IMG/VR virus record: IMGVR_UViG_3300022682_000042
Span: 18,542-82,541 of that record
DNA: 64,000 nt
DNA from: a virus
Strand: one strand, 5' to 3'
The first letter of the stretch is position 1, and each line of letters starts with the position of its first letter. Below the pieces are notes generated by a model. It was not told the DNA's origin and ran no database searches. It saw nothing but the letters and a program-made list of their open reading frames with translations. Below, piece by piece: positions 47,966-56,778 of the stretch. A program made the translations under genes and the position numbers.

Positions 47966-48349
47966 ATGAGAAGGTCATTGACTCCGGTCCAAAAAGAGAG
48001 AATTTTGGAAAGGGATGATTATGTTTGTGCTTATTGTTTAGGAAATGCTACTGAGGTTGAACACGTTGTTCCGTTTAGTTATAGTGGATGTGATGATGAA
48101 GATAACTTGGTGGCCTCTTGCAAAGAATGCAATCGGATAGCCAGTAATTTTGTGTTCGATAATTTTGATGAAAAGTGTGAGTTTATCAGAACTAGAAGAG
48201 CGGGCCGGAAGTGGACCAAAAGATTAAGACGGATGGGGCCTCCTATTTGTACCGATTGCAAGAGGACTTTTATTGAATGTAATGATGGGGCTACAATGTT
48301 TTTGTGTCCAGAATGTGCTAATTTGGAATATGCCCCTGAGAGGGCCTAG
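47966..48349 (+). CDS. HNH endonuclease
   Basis: ILERDDYVCAYC..EVEHVVP..NLVASCKECN. Confidence 0.85.
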   Translation: MRRSLTPVQKERILERDDYVCAYCLGNATEVEHVVPFSYSGCDDEDNLVASCKECNRIASNFVFDNFDEKCEFIRTRRAGRKWTKRLRRMGPPICTDCKRTFIECNDGATMFLCPECANLEYAPERA

Positions 48350-48428
48350 AGTGGCCTCTAAACGATTTTGTGTTTAGGTGTTTCCTCCACTACAGGGGTA
48401 AATAAAAACTGAAATTTGGTGTATTTTT

Positions 48429-48887
48429 GTGGCTTACAGTCGTATTACAGGTTTCAGTTTAGGAATGAGTTGTATCTTGAACCAAAAAAGGCCAGAAAAA
48501 CGGCTTAGAAACGGAATTTCAGAATTTGGCCCGGTCGAGACATCCCCACTAACCCGCCGTCAATTCCTGACCTTAACCCCCCTTGTCCCCCCTGCCCTTC
48601 TCTCCCAACTACAGGCCGATAACCCGGTTATCGTTACCGGATTTGTTTCAACCTTGACCGGCCCGGATGGATTCCCTACAGCTTACCAGTGGATAGAAAG
48701 TGACAGCCTGGCCGATGTAACCGAATTGGGGCAGCCCGGTTATGTGGCCATTTACCCGGAGGGGGTAAGCCGGGAATGGCTAGATCAATTTCGGGCCAGT
48801 TTACAAGATTTATTCCCGGAGGCGGAGAGGTATTATCTTCCGTTGATATTCAAGTCAACTACCACCGGTAGAACCGGTGGCTTGTAA
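48429..48887 (+). CDS. Putative Tat-exported small protein; C-terminus altered by the IS insertion (start uncertain)
   Basis: TRRQFL twin-arginine motif plus a hydrophobic stretch; YYLPLIFK at the IS junction. Confidence 0.5.
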   Translation: MAYSRITGFSLGMSCILNQKRPEKRLRNGISEFGPVETSPLTRRQFLTLTPLVPPALLSQLQADNPVIVTGFVSTLTGPDGFPTAYQWIESDSLADVTELGQPGYVAIYPEGVSREWLDQFRASLQDLFPEAERYYLPLIFKSTTTGRTGGL

Positions 48888-50071
48888 GTCAGGCCGCTAG
48901 AAGCGGCTCGCCTACGTTCGCCCGGTTGATAGCGGGCCTACTCGCAATTACGCGAGCAGCGTTTACGTCAGCATTTGCAGAATGTCCACAGCTTTTACAG
49001 AGGAATGTTTCTTGATTAGGTCGATTTCCTTTATCAATATAACCGCATATCGAACATTCCCGGCTGGTATTACGAGGGTCTATCAAGATTACCTGTACCC
49101 CCGCCAGAACAGCCTTGTACTTGATTTTCTGTATAAGATCATAAAATGCCCAACTATGGTGTATCCTACGTTGGCCTTTTCTAACTGTTATCCGGCTACG
49201 AATGCCGCTCAAATCCTCAAGGGCAATTCCGCGTCCGGTGTCTTTGGCCTTGCTGACAAGATGCTTACTGATTACGTGATTAGTATTATTGGCAAAGTTT
49301 GCCTCCTTTTTGCTACGTTTTTTGAGCAAACGTCTAGCAGAGTCGGTTTGTTTGCTTTGCAATTTGCTTCTAAGGTTGGAATATCTGGCCCTGATGTTAT
49401 TCAAATGGCTACCAGAATATATTTCCCCATCCGAGTCAACAGCAATGTTTTTGATACCCAAGTCTATACCGAGAAATTCAGATACTTCTTCGAGCGGTGG
49501 TTCATCAACATCACAAGTGGCAAACAAATAAAACTCGTTACCAATAAGACACAAGTCGCTTTCGCCCCGTCTCGTTTTGAGAAGTTCAAACTGGCGATTA
49601 CCTGTTATAAACGGTATTTTCAACCGACCTTCAATGGTCCAAATACTGACAATTTGCTTGTCGAGTTTCCAAGACAAAATGCGGTCATCATAAGAAATTG
49701 CGCCTTTCAAACTAAATGTTCGCTTGGTCTTTTTGTCGAGCTTGTAAGCATCAGCGACTTTGGCAATCTGCCTCACGGTCATCTGGGCCGACAAGGAAAA
49801 TATGGTGCGAATATCCTTGTAAACCAACCGGTGAATGTCAAATTGCTTAAACGTCTTGGCTTCCCAGGCTCTATTACTAATTTCATTGCAGACTTGGTTG
49901 GCAATGTTGAGGGTTTGACCAAGAGCACATCTCTGTTGATTATCGGGAGTAAGTTTAACTTTGGCTATCAATTTCATAATATGAGTATTATAACACAAAC
50001 ATTCTAAATATGCAAAAGGAGGTAAGGCCCTCCTCCCCCACCGGAGGTGGGGGTTTCCGGGCCGAATACGA
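48854..50071 (-). mobile_element. IS200/IS605-family tnpB-only (IS1341-type) element
   Basis: Left-end hairpin CCCCCACC-TCC-GGTGGGGG. Right-end hairpin CCACCGG-TTCTA-CCGGTGG followed by TAGTTGAC. Preceded by TTCAT; no target-site duplication and no tnpA. Confidence 0.8.
48889..49977 (-). CDS. tnpB: RNA-guided endonuclease TnpB
   Basis: 362 aa. RuvC motifs GIDLG, IALEDL and NADVNAA are intact; CSICG/CKSCG zinc finger. Confidence 0.92.
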   Translation of the reverse strand: MKLIAKVKLTPDNQQRCALGQTLNIANQVCNEISNRAWEAKTFKQFDIHRLVYKDIRTIFSLSAQMTVRQIAKVADAYKLDKKTKRTFSLKGAISYDDRILSWKLDKQIVSIWTIEGRLKIPFITGNRQFELLKTRRGESDLCLIGNEFYLFATCDVDEPPLEEVSEFLGIDLGIKNIAVDSDGEIYSGSHLNNIRARYSNLRSKLQSKQTDSARRLLKKRSKKEANFANNTNHVISKHLVSKAKDTGRGIALEDLSGIRSRITVRKGQRRIHHSWAFYDLIQKIKYKAVLAGVQVILIDPRNTSRECSICGYIDKGNRPNQETFLCKSCGHSANADVNAARVIASRPAINRANVGEPLLAA

Positions 50072-50201
50072 ATGAAAAAGGCCCCGGACGTAGAGTGTCC
50101 TGCTATCAGGGGTAGGCCGGCCGTTTGTCGGGCCTGTGTCTGGCAGGAGGGCGGGCCGGGGCCACATTGTATTGACATAGCAAGAAAGGCGAGGAAGAAC
50201 A

Positions 50202-51014
50202 ATGGCAACCGAAAACCCGGAGGTATGGGACTTTCGAGACCCGGAGGTAGACCAGTCGATATCGATTATCAAATATCAACCGACCTGGGAAGAGTTGACG
50301 GCCTTGGTAGGGATTGAGGTTTGGCGGGACAAGGGATGGGATGCAGCCCCGGTCGGGGCAAAGGTATTAAAACTTAAGGCCGTCTATATTCGGGAAGGGG
50401 CCAGGAATTATTTTATGCGGGTCTATAAAGAGAATGGGGACCCGTGGCCTGGGGTTAGAATGGCCCGGACCTGGCCCAATGCTCCGACTGCGGCCGGTGG
50501 GGAAAAGTTCATCCCGGACTATGCTCTGGTAGCCCGGCAAAAAGGTTATCCCGATTATGACTCTCATACCGGGGTGGGGGCCTGGACGAAATTGGTTACC
50601 GGTCAGGCTGAAGAATTTGCTGAAGCTGATTGGGTCTGGTCTGGCGATTCAGTCTGTACTGTTACCGGTGGTTTTGGGGTAGATATTTTCTGGCCTTTAA
50701 TTCCATCTGACCCGAATGTGTCCCCTCAATATGTCGATGCCCTGGCCGGCTGTTGTTGGGTTGGGGGAACTAACCACTTGACTGTAGCCAATGGGGTTTG
50801 GCAGATGGTAACCAAGACGGATAATAATGGCGGAACAATTCCTCCCCCAACCCCGACCGGCAAAGGTTCCCTGGTTATCAAGCTGGCCGATGGGACAAAG
50901 CTATTTCATGTCCCACTCGTTGACGGCCCACCCGGTAATTATGACGCCGTTGTTTTCGAGGTTGACGGCCAGGAAATAGCTCACGTGAGAGGAATACCGG
51001 GAGGCCCTGCATGA
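50202..51014 (+). CDS. Hypothetical protein
   Basis: 270 aa with a GAGG RBS; Trp/Pro-rich, with a PPPTPT linker before a small C-terminal domain. Confidence 0.6.
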   Translation: MATENPEVWDFRDPEVDQSISIIKYQPTWEELTALVGIEVWRDKGWDAAPVGAKVLKLKAVYIREGARNYFMRVYKENGDPWPGVRMARTWPNAPTAAGGEKFIPDYALVARQKGYPDYDSHTGVGAWTKLVTGQAEEFAEADWVWSGDSVCTVTGGFGVDIFWPLIPSDPNVSPQYVDALAGCCWVGGTNHLTVANGVWQMVTKTDNNGGTIPPPTPTGKGSLVIKLADGTKLFHVPLVDGPPGNYDAVVFEVDGQEIAHVRGIPGGPA

Positions 51015-51703
51015 CCGATGAAGTTGTAACCGTTTTACCTGAGACCAATGGCCTGGAATACAATGACCCTCCTCGGCTGGTCTGGGTTCCGGTCAGGGAG
51101 GCAGTTGGATTATTGTGGGCCGGGAATCCTAAACTCCACTCGATTGGAGATTTAGTTCAGTCCATTGAACGATATGGCCTGCAAGAATTACCTAAATTTG
51201 ACGCCAACCTGGAAAACAGGGGTGGGGGCCGGGGAGCGATTGTAGCTGGCAATGGCCGGGTCGAGGCTTTAGCCTGGATGGAACAGGATGGCCGGGATTT
51301 ACCCAGGGGAATAGCCAAAGGACCGGATGGGGCCTGGGCCTTGCCGGTCCTGGCCGGGGTAGATCAACCTTCGGAGGAGATGGCGGCGGCCTACGCGGTG
51401 GACTCCAATAACCTGACTTTGGCCGGGGGTGGTTTTGATGCTTTCGACATGGCCCGACTGTGGGATGAAGAGGCTTATGTGGCCCTGGTAGAGTCGTTGG
51501 GGGATATGAGGCCGGTCACGGTAGACGGGGAGGCTTTGGATGCCTTGATAGGAATGAATGGAAATCAAAACAAAAAAACAGAACCGATAGATATACTACC
51601 AGAATACGCTATTTTGATTGAGTGTGACAGTGAACAGGCACAGGTTGTTGCATTGGAAGAATTAGTGGGGTTGGGCTATCAATGCCGAGCTTTAATATCA
51701 TAA
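51011..51703 (+). CDS. ParB/sulfiredoxin-like protein
   Basis: NPKLH..SIERYG..IVAGNGRVEAL..AYAVDSNNL. Confidence 0.7.
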   Translation: MTDEVVTVLPETNGLEYNDPPRLVWVPVREAVGLLWAGNPKLHSIGDLVQSIERYGLQELPKFDANLENRGGGRGAIVAGNGRVEALAWMEQDGRDLPRGIAKGPDGAWALPVLAGVDQPSEEMAAAYAVDSNNLTLAGGGFDAFDMARLWDEEAYVALVESLGDMRPVTVDGEALDALIGMNGNQNKKTEPIDILPEYAILIECDSEQAQVVALEELVGLGYQCRALIS

Positions 51704-52836
51704 GACAAGTTGACATAGAGCGGACGCCGCGAGTAATGCAACTGGAAGGCATCTTTGACGTTGCGCCGTCACAACGAAGTGAAGAGCGATGGCAAGGCGA
51801 GATTGACTTGCCAGACGATTGGAATATTGGCGTTATCGTTGGTCCGTCTGGCTCCGGCAAAACGACATTGGCACATGAGCTATTCCCTGATTTCATTGTC
51901 AATTGCTACGATTGGCCGGATAGCAAGAGTATTGTTGACGCCTTCCCAGATGGCTTGAGTATCAAAGATATTACCGGCTATCTGTCATCTGTCGGGTTTT
52001 CTTCCCCGCCGTCGTGGTTGCGTCCGTTTCGGGTATTGTCGAATGGTGAGCAATTCCGGGCGACGCTGGCCAGGGCTTTGGCCGATGAGCGAGAGTTGAT
52101 TGTCATAGATGAATTTACCAGTGTCGTTGATAGGACTGTGGCTCAGATTGGTAGTGCGGCATTATCCAAAGCAATCAGGCGTAAGGGCAAAAAGTTTATT
52201 GCCGTTTCTGTGCATTATGACATTCTGGATTGGCTTGAGCCGGATTGGGTGTATCAGCCTCACACAGGCGAATATTACACCGGGAGGTATCTTCACCGGA
52301 GACCGGAGATTAAGCTCAAAGTTAAACGGGTTCATCACTCCGCTTGGCGAATATTCCGGCAGTATCATTATTTAGACACCGGCCTGAATACGGCAGCGGT
52401 TTGCTTTTGCGCTTTTTACGATGGGAGGCCGGTGGCGTTTACGGCAGCGTTGCACTTCCCGCACCCAAAGGCAAAGAATATCAAACGGGAACATCGGACG
52501 GTTTGCTTGCCGGACTTTCAAGGTGTGGGAATTGGGAACGCTCTGAGTGATTATGTTGGAGCGATGTTTAAGACGGTTGGGTATCGGTGGCAGTCTCAAA
52601 CGAGCAATCCAGCAATGATACACGCTAGAAATAGGTCGAAAAATTGGGCGATGATTGCGAGGCCAAATAGAAAATCTAAAACTATGCCTAAGCAATCATT
52701 TTCTGGAAAAAGAAAGGGTACGTCTGGCCCAGGGGCCGGACGTACCGGAGGATTAACAAAACGATTGCGAGCCACATTTGAATATGTTGGTTCGGCACTT
52801 GATAAACAAGAGGCAATAAAAATTATGAGTGATTAA
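51682..52836 (+). CDS. ABC-type ATPase fused to a GNAT acetyltransferase
   Basis: GPSGSGKT, LSNGEQFR and IDEFTSVVDR; then YHYL, RTVCLPDFQGVGIG. Confidence 0.85.
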   Translation: MPSFNIIRQVDIERTPRVMQLEGIFDVAPSQRSEERWQGEIDLPDDWNIGVIVGPSGSGKTTLAHELFPDFIVNCYDWPDSKSIVDAFPDGLSIKDITGYLSSVGFSSPPSWLRPFRVLSNGEQFRATLARALADERELIVIDEFTSVVDRTVAQIGSAALSKAIRRKGKKFIAVSVHYDILDWLEPDWVYQPHTGEYYTGRYLHRRPEIKLKVKRVHHSAWRIFRQYHYLDTGLNTAAVCFCAFYDGRPVAFTAALHFPHPKAKNIKREHRTVCLPDFQGVGIGNALSDYVGAMFKTVGYRWQSQTSNPAMIHARNRSKNWAMIARPNRKSKTMPKQSFSGKRKGTSGPGAGRTGGLTKRLRATFEYVGSALDKQEAIKIMSD

Positions 52837-53039
52837 CTTTTAATCACCTCCCCCACCGCCCTAACCTGCCCCTCATCCCACTCAGAGACCCACCTAAACA
52901 GTTCGGACAGGTTCCCCCGTCCCCCATAGGTAAACCCCAGGGCCATCGCCACTTTTTCCCCGTTCTCCCGCTGTTCCGGTGACAATTTAACCGGGGTCAC
53001 GGGCCAGTTGCTTTTCTTTGATCTATTGTTGTTAGTCAT
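52833..53039 (-). CDS. Small putative DNA-binding (RHH-like) protein
   Basis: PVKLSPEQR..NLSELFR; AGGAGG RBS. Confidence 0.45.
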   Translation of the reverse strand: MTNNNRSKKSNWPVTPVKLSPEQRENGEKVAMALGFTYGGRGNLSELFRWVSEWDEGQVRAVGEVIKS

Positions 53040-53715
53040 TAGGTTCCTCCTTGATTTCTACCAGGTCATAACCCGGTAGGGTATCGAACATGATAGGGCC
53101 AAAGGGAACCGACCTGGCCCCACATTGGGGACATTGGCCTGGATATTTGCCCTTGATAAGGGCCGGTAGTTCATCCATTTCGGCCTCATTTCCTTCCCAC
53201 CCACAGTTCTTACACTTACGTCGATCAACCCGTTTCCAACGGGGAGAGATTCCGGTTAATGTCTCTGGAATTTCTCCCTTTTTATCTTTCAGGATTTCTT
53301 TAAGGGTTGGTAGAATTTCCTTGAAACAGTCAGAGCAACAACCCACCGAGACAGACCCGGTGATACGAATAAACCGGTGGGCCAACTCAATGGCCGGAAA
53401 AGACAAAGGTTTGTTGTAGTTCTTTTCTCCCTTTTGATGATACTGGCTGGTTCGTTTATAGGTAGCATATCCGGCCCGTTTGTCACAGACATCACAGTGA
53501 CGAATTCTTTCGTAACGATGAACCAAGCGGCCTTCATTTTCCAGTTCGGTCAAGACACGGGCCACAAAGTCTTTGAACTTTTCCGGGACTTCCGGCAAGA
53601 CATTTTCAAGCCGTTTTTTAGCTTTGTCTACGTCTACCTGAATTTTATTCCGGCATTGGCCGTCGAGTAAGACCAGTTCATTGTCTGTTAGATGAACCAT
53701 AGTTGTAAAAGTCAT
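53032..53715 (-). CDS. Zinc-ribbon hypothetical protein
   Basis: CDVC, CSDC, CKNC and CPQC pairs. Confidence 0.65.
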   Translation of the reverse strand: MTFTTMVHLTDNELVLLDGQCRNKIQVDVDKAKKRLENVLPEVPEKFKDFVARVLTELENEGRLVHRYERIRHCDVCDKRAGYATYKRTSQYHQKGEKNYNKPLSFPAIELAHRFIRITGSVSVGCCSDCFKEILPTLKEILKDKKGEIPETLTGISPRWKRVDRRKCKNCGWEGNEAEMDELPALIKGKYPGQCPQCGARSVPFGPIMFDTLPGYDLVEIKEEPND

Positions 53716-53747
53716 TTGTCTTTCCTTTCCGGTCGGGATGTCCCAAC

Positions 53748-53966
53748 CTAATTACTAATTACAACAATCCAGGCCCAATTATGCTGAAAAGTCATTTCGG
53801 TAACAGTACCTTTGAGGGGGCTAACCGGTTTGACTCTGGTCAAGTTACCCTGATGTTCGATAACTTCATACACTGCCAGATTCCCGGTCTTTTCAGGGCC
53901 AGGGTTTTCTTCCTCTACTACAAACTGTTGGCCCGGTTGAACCTTTGATAACGTGATGTGTTGCAT
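53748..53966 (-). CDS. Small hypothetical protein
   Basis: 72 aa with an AAGGA RBS. Confidence 0.55.
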   Translation of the reverse strand: MQHITLSKVQPGQQFVVEEENPGPEKTGNLAVYEVIEHQGNLTRVKPVSPLKGTVTEMTFQHNWAWIVVISN

Positions 53967-53978
53967 TTTTAGTCCTTT

Positions 53979-54614
53979 CTAATATTTATCTTCGTCTAAT
54001 ATTGGGTAAGTCATAGCCCCCACAGTCAGATAATCGTGAAGGCCATACCATTGAGGGATGTCCAGTTCAAACCAGTTGGCCTTAGACCGAAAAGGCTGAA
54101 ACATTCGATAGAACCGGTCATTGGCATTACAACCCCCTTCCGGTTCCCCGATATAGATGACCGGTCGGCCATAATTCCAGGCCCACAGGGTTTTGGCGGC
54201 CACATCTTCGTTATAGGGAGGCCAGGACATTAACAGAATGTCCCGATCAATAGTTCCGGCGGCCTCGATGGCATCCATCTTTTTGACCGGGTAGACCGGC
54301 TCCCCTCCTCCGTTTTTCCAGGAGAAATCATCGGTCGCCAGGATGTCAACCCCGGCCTCGGCCAGAGCTTTGGCCAGCCAACCCCGGCCGGCCATTACTT
54401 CCAAAACTTGCCGGTTCCCAATCCATTCGGCCAATTGGTCGGTCCAGGACCGGCAAACGACGGCCCACATTCCGTGTTTGATAGCAATGTCTCTGGCCCT
54501 CATTGCATCCCCGGCCTTTTCAAACCAGGGGTCATAGGTTGGGGCCAGAATGTCAGGGGAAGTTGGGGGGATTTCTCCCCGGTTCAGGTAATCAAAGAAT
54601 TCTTCAGTTTTCAT
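53979..54614 (-). CDS. SAM-dependent methyltransferase-like protein
   Basis: VLEVMAGRGWLA, ATDD, MSWPPY and IYIGE motifs. Confidence 0.7.
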   Translation of the reverse strand: MKTEEFFDYLNRGEIPPTSPDILAPTYDPWFEKAGDAMRARDIAIKHGMWAVVCRSWTDQLAEWIGNRQVLEVMAGRGWLAKALAEAGVDILATDDFSWKNGGGEPVYPVKKMDAIEAAGTIDRDILLMSWPPYNEDVAAKTLWAWNYGRPVIYIGEPEGGCNANDRFYRMFQPFRSKANWFELDIPQWYGLHDYLTVGAMTYPILDEDKY

Positions 54615-54946
54615 ATTGCGTTCCTCCGGCTCAAAACTTCCTCAGTATAATTTCTGGTTTTTTTGTTATAGGCCCCCAACTCTTTGGCCGTTTTACCTTT
54701 GGCCCTCTTAGGCTTCCTGGTCCGGGGACAAGGCATCTGGGGCTGTTGTTCCGGCTTACCCTGGGCCAGTTCTTTTCTGGCCTCATCCAGTACCGACCAG
54801 TAAAGGTCAGTCAGTCGCCGGTATTCGTCTAAGCCCTGTTCGGCCTGGACCTGGGCCATTATTTGGCTCAAACGTTGTTGGGCATTGATGTCACCGGCGG
54901 CCTCAGCTTTGGTCAAGTGGGTCACAATTTCTGTTAGTTTGTTCAT
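54611..54946 (-). CDS. Hypothetical protein
   Basis: 111 aa; coupled to the next gene. Confidence 0.55.
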   Translation of the reverse strand: MNKLTEIVTHLTKAEAAGDINAQQRLSQIMAQVQAEQGLDEYRRLTDLYWSVLDEARKELAQGKPEQQPQMPCPRTRKPKRAKGKTAKELGAYNKKTRNYTEEVLSRRNAI

Positions 54947-54997
54947 TTTAGGGCCTTTCTGCCGGTTACGAGGCCACCGGCGGGGCGCTTGGGGTTG

Positions 54998-55249
54998 TTA
55001 GTTATTATTTAACCAGTTTTTCTTTTGTCGTTTCTGACTTTCAAAGTTTCCTTCAAAGGTTGGTATCAGGTCTGAGGCAAAAACCCAGTGGGCATCGGTT
55101 TGTTGGCAGTGGGGACAGGTACAAAAATCGTGTATACGGGCGGCCTGTTGGCCGTGGAACCCGTCCCGGTCCATTTCTTTCGGGGCCTCAAAAGCCTCAT
55201 TACATCGATTGCAGTGGATGGTATCTTGGGAGTTTACTTTCTGGCTCAT
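54998..55249 (-). CDS. Small zinc-ribbon protein
   Basis: CNRC..CPHC; GGAG RBS. Confidence 0.55.
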   Translation of the reverse strand: MSQKVNSQDTIHCNRCNEAFEAPKEMDRDGFHGQQAARIHDFCTCPHCQQTDAHWVFASDLIPTFEGNFESQKRQKKNWLNNN

Positions 55250-55254
55250 TTTAT

Positions 55255-55360
55255 TCTCCAAAACTCACTTAATTTAATTACTTAACTATGAATATTATAC
55301 TATATTATATACTTCTTGTCAAGTATTTTATAGGTCAATTTCAGACATTTAACCTTAAAA
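55255..55360 (-). promoter_or_regulatory. Repeated leftward promoter module, copy 1
   Basis: TTGACA(55322-55317)-17-TATAAT(55299-55294) with conserved flanks. Confidence 0.85.
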
Positions 55361-55408
55361 AAATAAGGCCCGGTTGGGATGTCCCGACCGGGTCAAAGAT
55401 GGTTACAA

Positions 55409-55630
55409 CTATAACACTTTTTCGGCGTCCTGTTGGGCTTGAGGATGACAACTATAACTCTTGATAGCCTGGGCCAGTTCCGGGCCGGTCATAATTGAAT
55501 TAGGCTTGACCAAAAACCCCCAGGTTTGGGTCAGGTGGGTAACTTCTTCTTTACTCAATTTAGTCGAGTCAAATGTTACAAAAAAGTGGTCTCCGACAGT
55601 TCTTCTAATAACCATTTTATACCTCCCCAC
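55409..55630 (-). CDS. Small hypothetical protein
   Basis: Open frame of ~70 aa; probable ATG follows GGAGGT. Confidence 0.45.
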   Translation of the reverse strand: MGRYKMVIRRTVGDHFFVTFDSTKLSKEEVTHLTQTWGFLVKPNSIMTGPELAQAIKSYSCHPQAQQDAEKVL

Positions 55631-56402
55631 CGGCTAGCCCGGTGATTTTATCCAGGACCAACCCCACAGTCTTGGTAGCTTCCATAATAGCCTTTAACGG
55701 GTCATCGGCCATCCGGCTGATATAGTTCCAGCAGTTGCCGGTCCGGTCACCCAGGCCGTAGAGGTCCATCAGGACGGTGGCGCTAACTTCGGCTACAGCC
55801 TCTTGATACTCGGTCTGCTTGCCGACTAACTCCTCAAACGTGGCGTGGGTAGCGTGGGCCAATTCGTGAAACCAGGTTTTGGCGTCATCGGTTCCGACTC
55901 TGACCTTCTTACCATCTTTGGAGCACCATCCCAGGCAACCGTCATACGTTGGCCCAAAGGCCCAGTCGATTCCCAGGGCATCGGCCACATCGGTCAGAGG
56001 AGGCAATTCGGCCGGCTCGTAGTTGACAACCTGGGGGCTGTCCGGGTCTATAGGTTCGGTCTGGTTATAACCGAACACAGCAGCAGTTCCAAAGCCGATA
56101 AGTTGGTAATACTCTGACCCGTCATCTTTTTCTTTCTTGATGGTCCGGGGGGTGAAGATGAACCCGGCTGACTGGCCTTTCTTAACTTGCCGGCCTGCTT
56201 CTTTCCACTGGTTGTAAGTCCGGTTATCCAGGTCGCCGGTCTGGGCATAGGCCAGGACTTTGTTTGAGAAAGACCACCGGTAAGCCGGGGCATCATCGGC
56301 CACTTTGGTCTTGACCACGGCCACCAGGGGGGAGAGGTCCCCGGTTTGGAACCGGTCAATCATTTCATTCATTCGGGCTTGGGCTTTAGCTGATAGTTTC
56401 AT
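55617..56402 (-). CDS. ardC: ArdC-like ssDNA-binding antirestriction protein
   Basis: RWSFSNKVL, TYNQWKEAGRQVKKG and VFGYNQT motifs; metallopeptidase-like WFHELAH..EAVAE. Confidence 0.75.
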   Translation of the reverse strand: MKLSAKAQARMNEMIDRFQTGDLSPLVAVVKTKVADDAPAYRWSFSNKVLAYAQTGDLDNRTYNQWKEAGRQVKKGQSAGFIFTPRTIKKEKDDGSEYYQLIGFGTAAVFGYNQTEPIDPDSPQVVNYEPAELPPLTDVADALGIDWAFGPTYDGCLGWCSKDGKKVRVGTDDAKTWFHELAHATHATFEELVGKQTEYQEAVAEVSATVLMDLYGLGDRTGNCWNYISRMADDPLKAIMEATKTVGLVLDKITGLAGGEV

Positions 56403-56619
56403 TTTTTAGCTCCTTTTTTACAAGAAATTTTTCTGGCCCAATTTGTCCGTTAAAGAAATTTTGTCGAGCCGTTTGTTTATCATCAGAATAAAGATAATGC
56501 CATCTTTTTGGATTCCCATTTGAACCGTACCAGCCACCGTTTTTGTGTTTCATCCATTTTATCGGTGGGAAACAGAAGTCATTTTCAATTGATACTATAT
56601 CATCTTCAAAAATATACAT
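56386..56619 (-). CDS. Small hypothetical protein
   Basis: 77 aa with a GGAG RBS from the promoter module. Confidence 0.55.
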   Translation of the reverse strand: MYIFEDDIVSIENDFCFPPIKWMKHKNGGWYGSNGNPKRWHYLYSDDKQTARQNFFNGQIGPEKFLVKKELKNETIS

Positions 56620-56625
56620 TGGTTA

Positions 56626-56772
56626 CTCCAAAACTCACTTAATTTAATTACTTAACTCTATAACCTATTATATTATATAACATACTTCCTGTCAAGTATT
56701 TTATAGACCAATTTCAGCCTATTTACCTTAAAATTCCAGTCTGTTGAACCTACCCCAAAACTATGGTAAAAT
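56626..56772. promoter_or_regulatory. Repeated leftward promoter module, copy 2, plus a divergent leaderless promoter
   Basis: Minus: TTGACA(56695-56690)-17-TATAAT. Plus: TTGAAC(56744)-17-TAAAAT, 6 nt before ATG 56779. Confidence 0.8.
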
Positions 56773-56778
56773 ACTCTT

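Noticed and set aside
48982-50007. 341 aa plus-strand ORF
   Set aside because: Antisense shadow of tnpB with no motifs or RBS.
49978-50208. 77 aa N-terminal extension of TnpB in the ORF track
   Set aside because: It crosses the IS left end and promoter; the real start is most likely ATG 49977.
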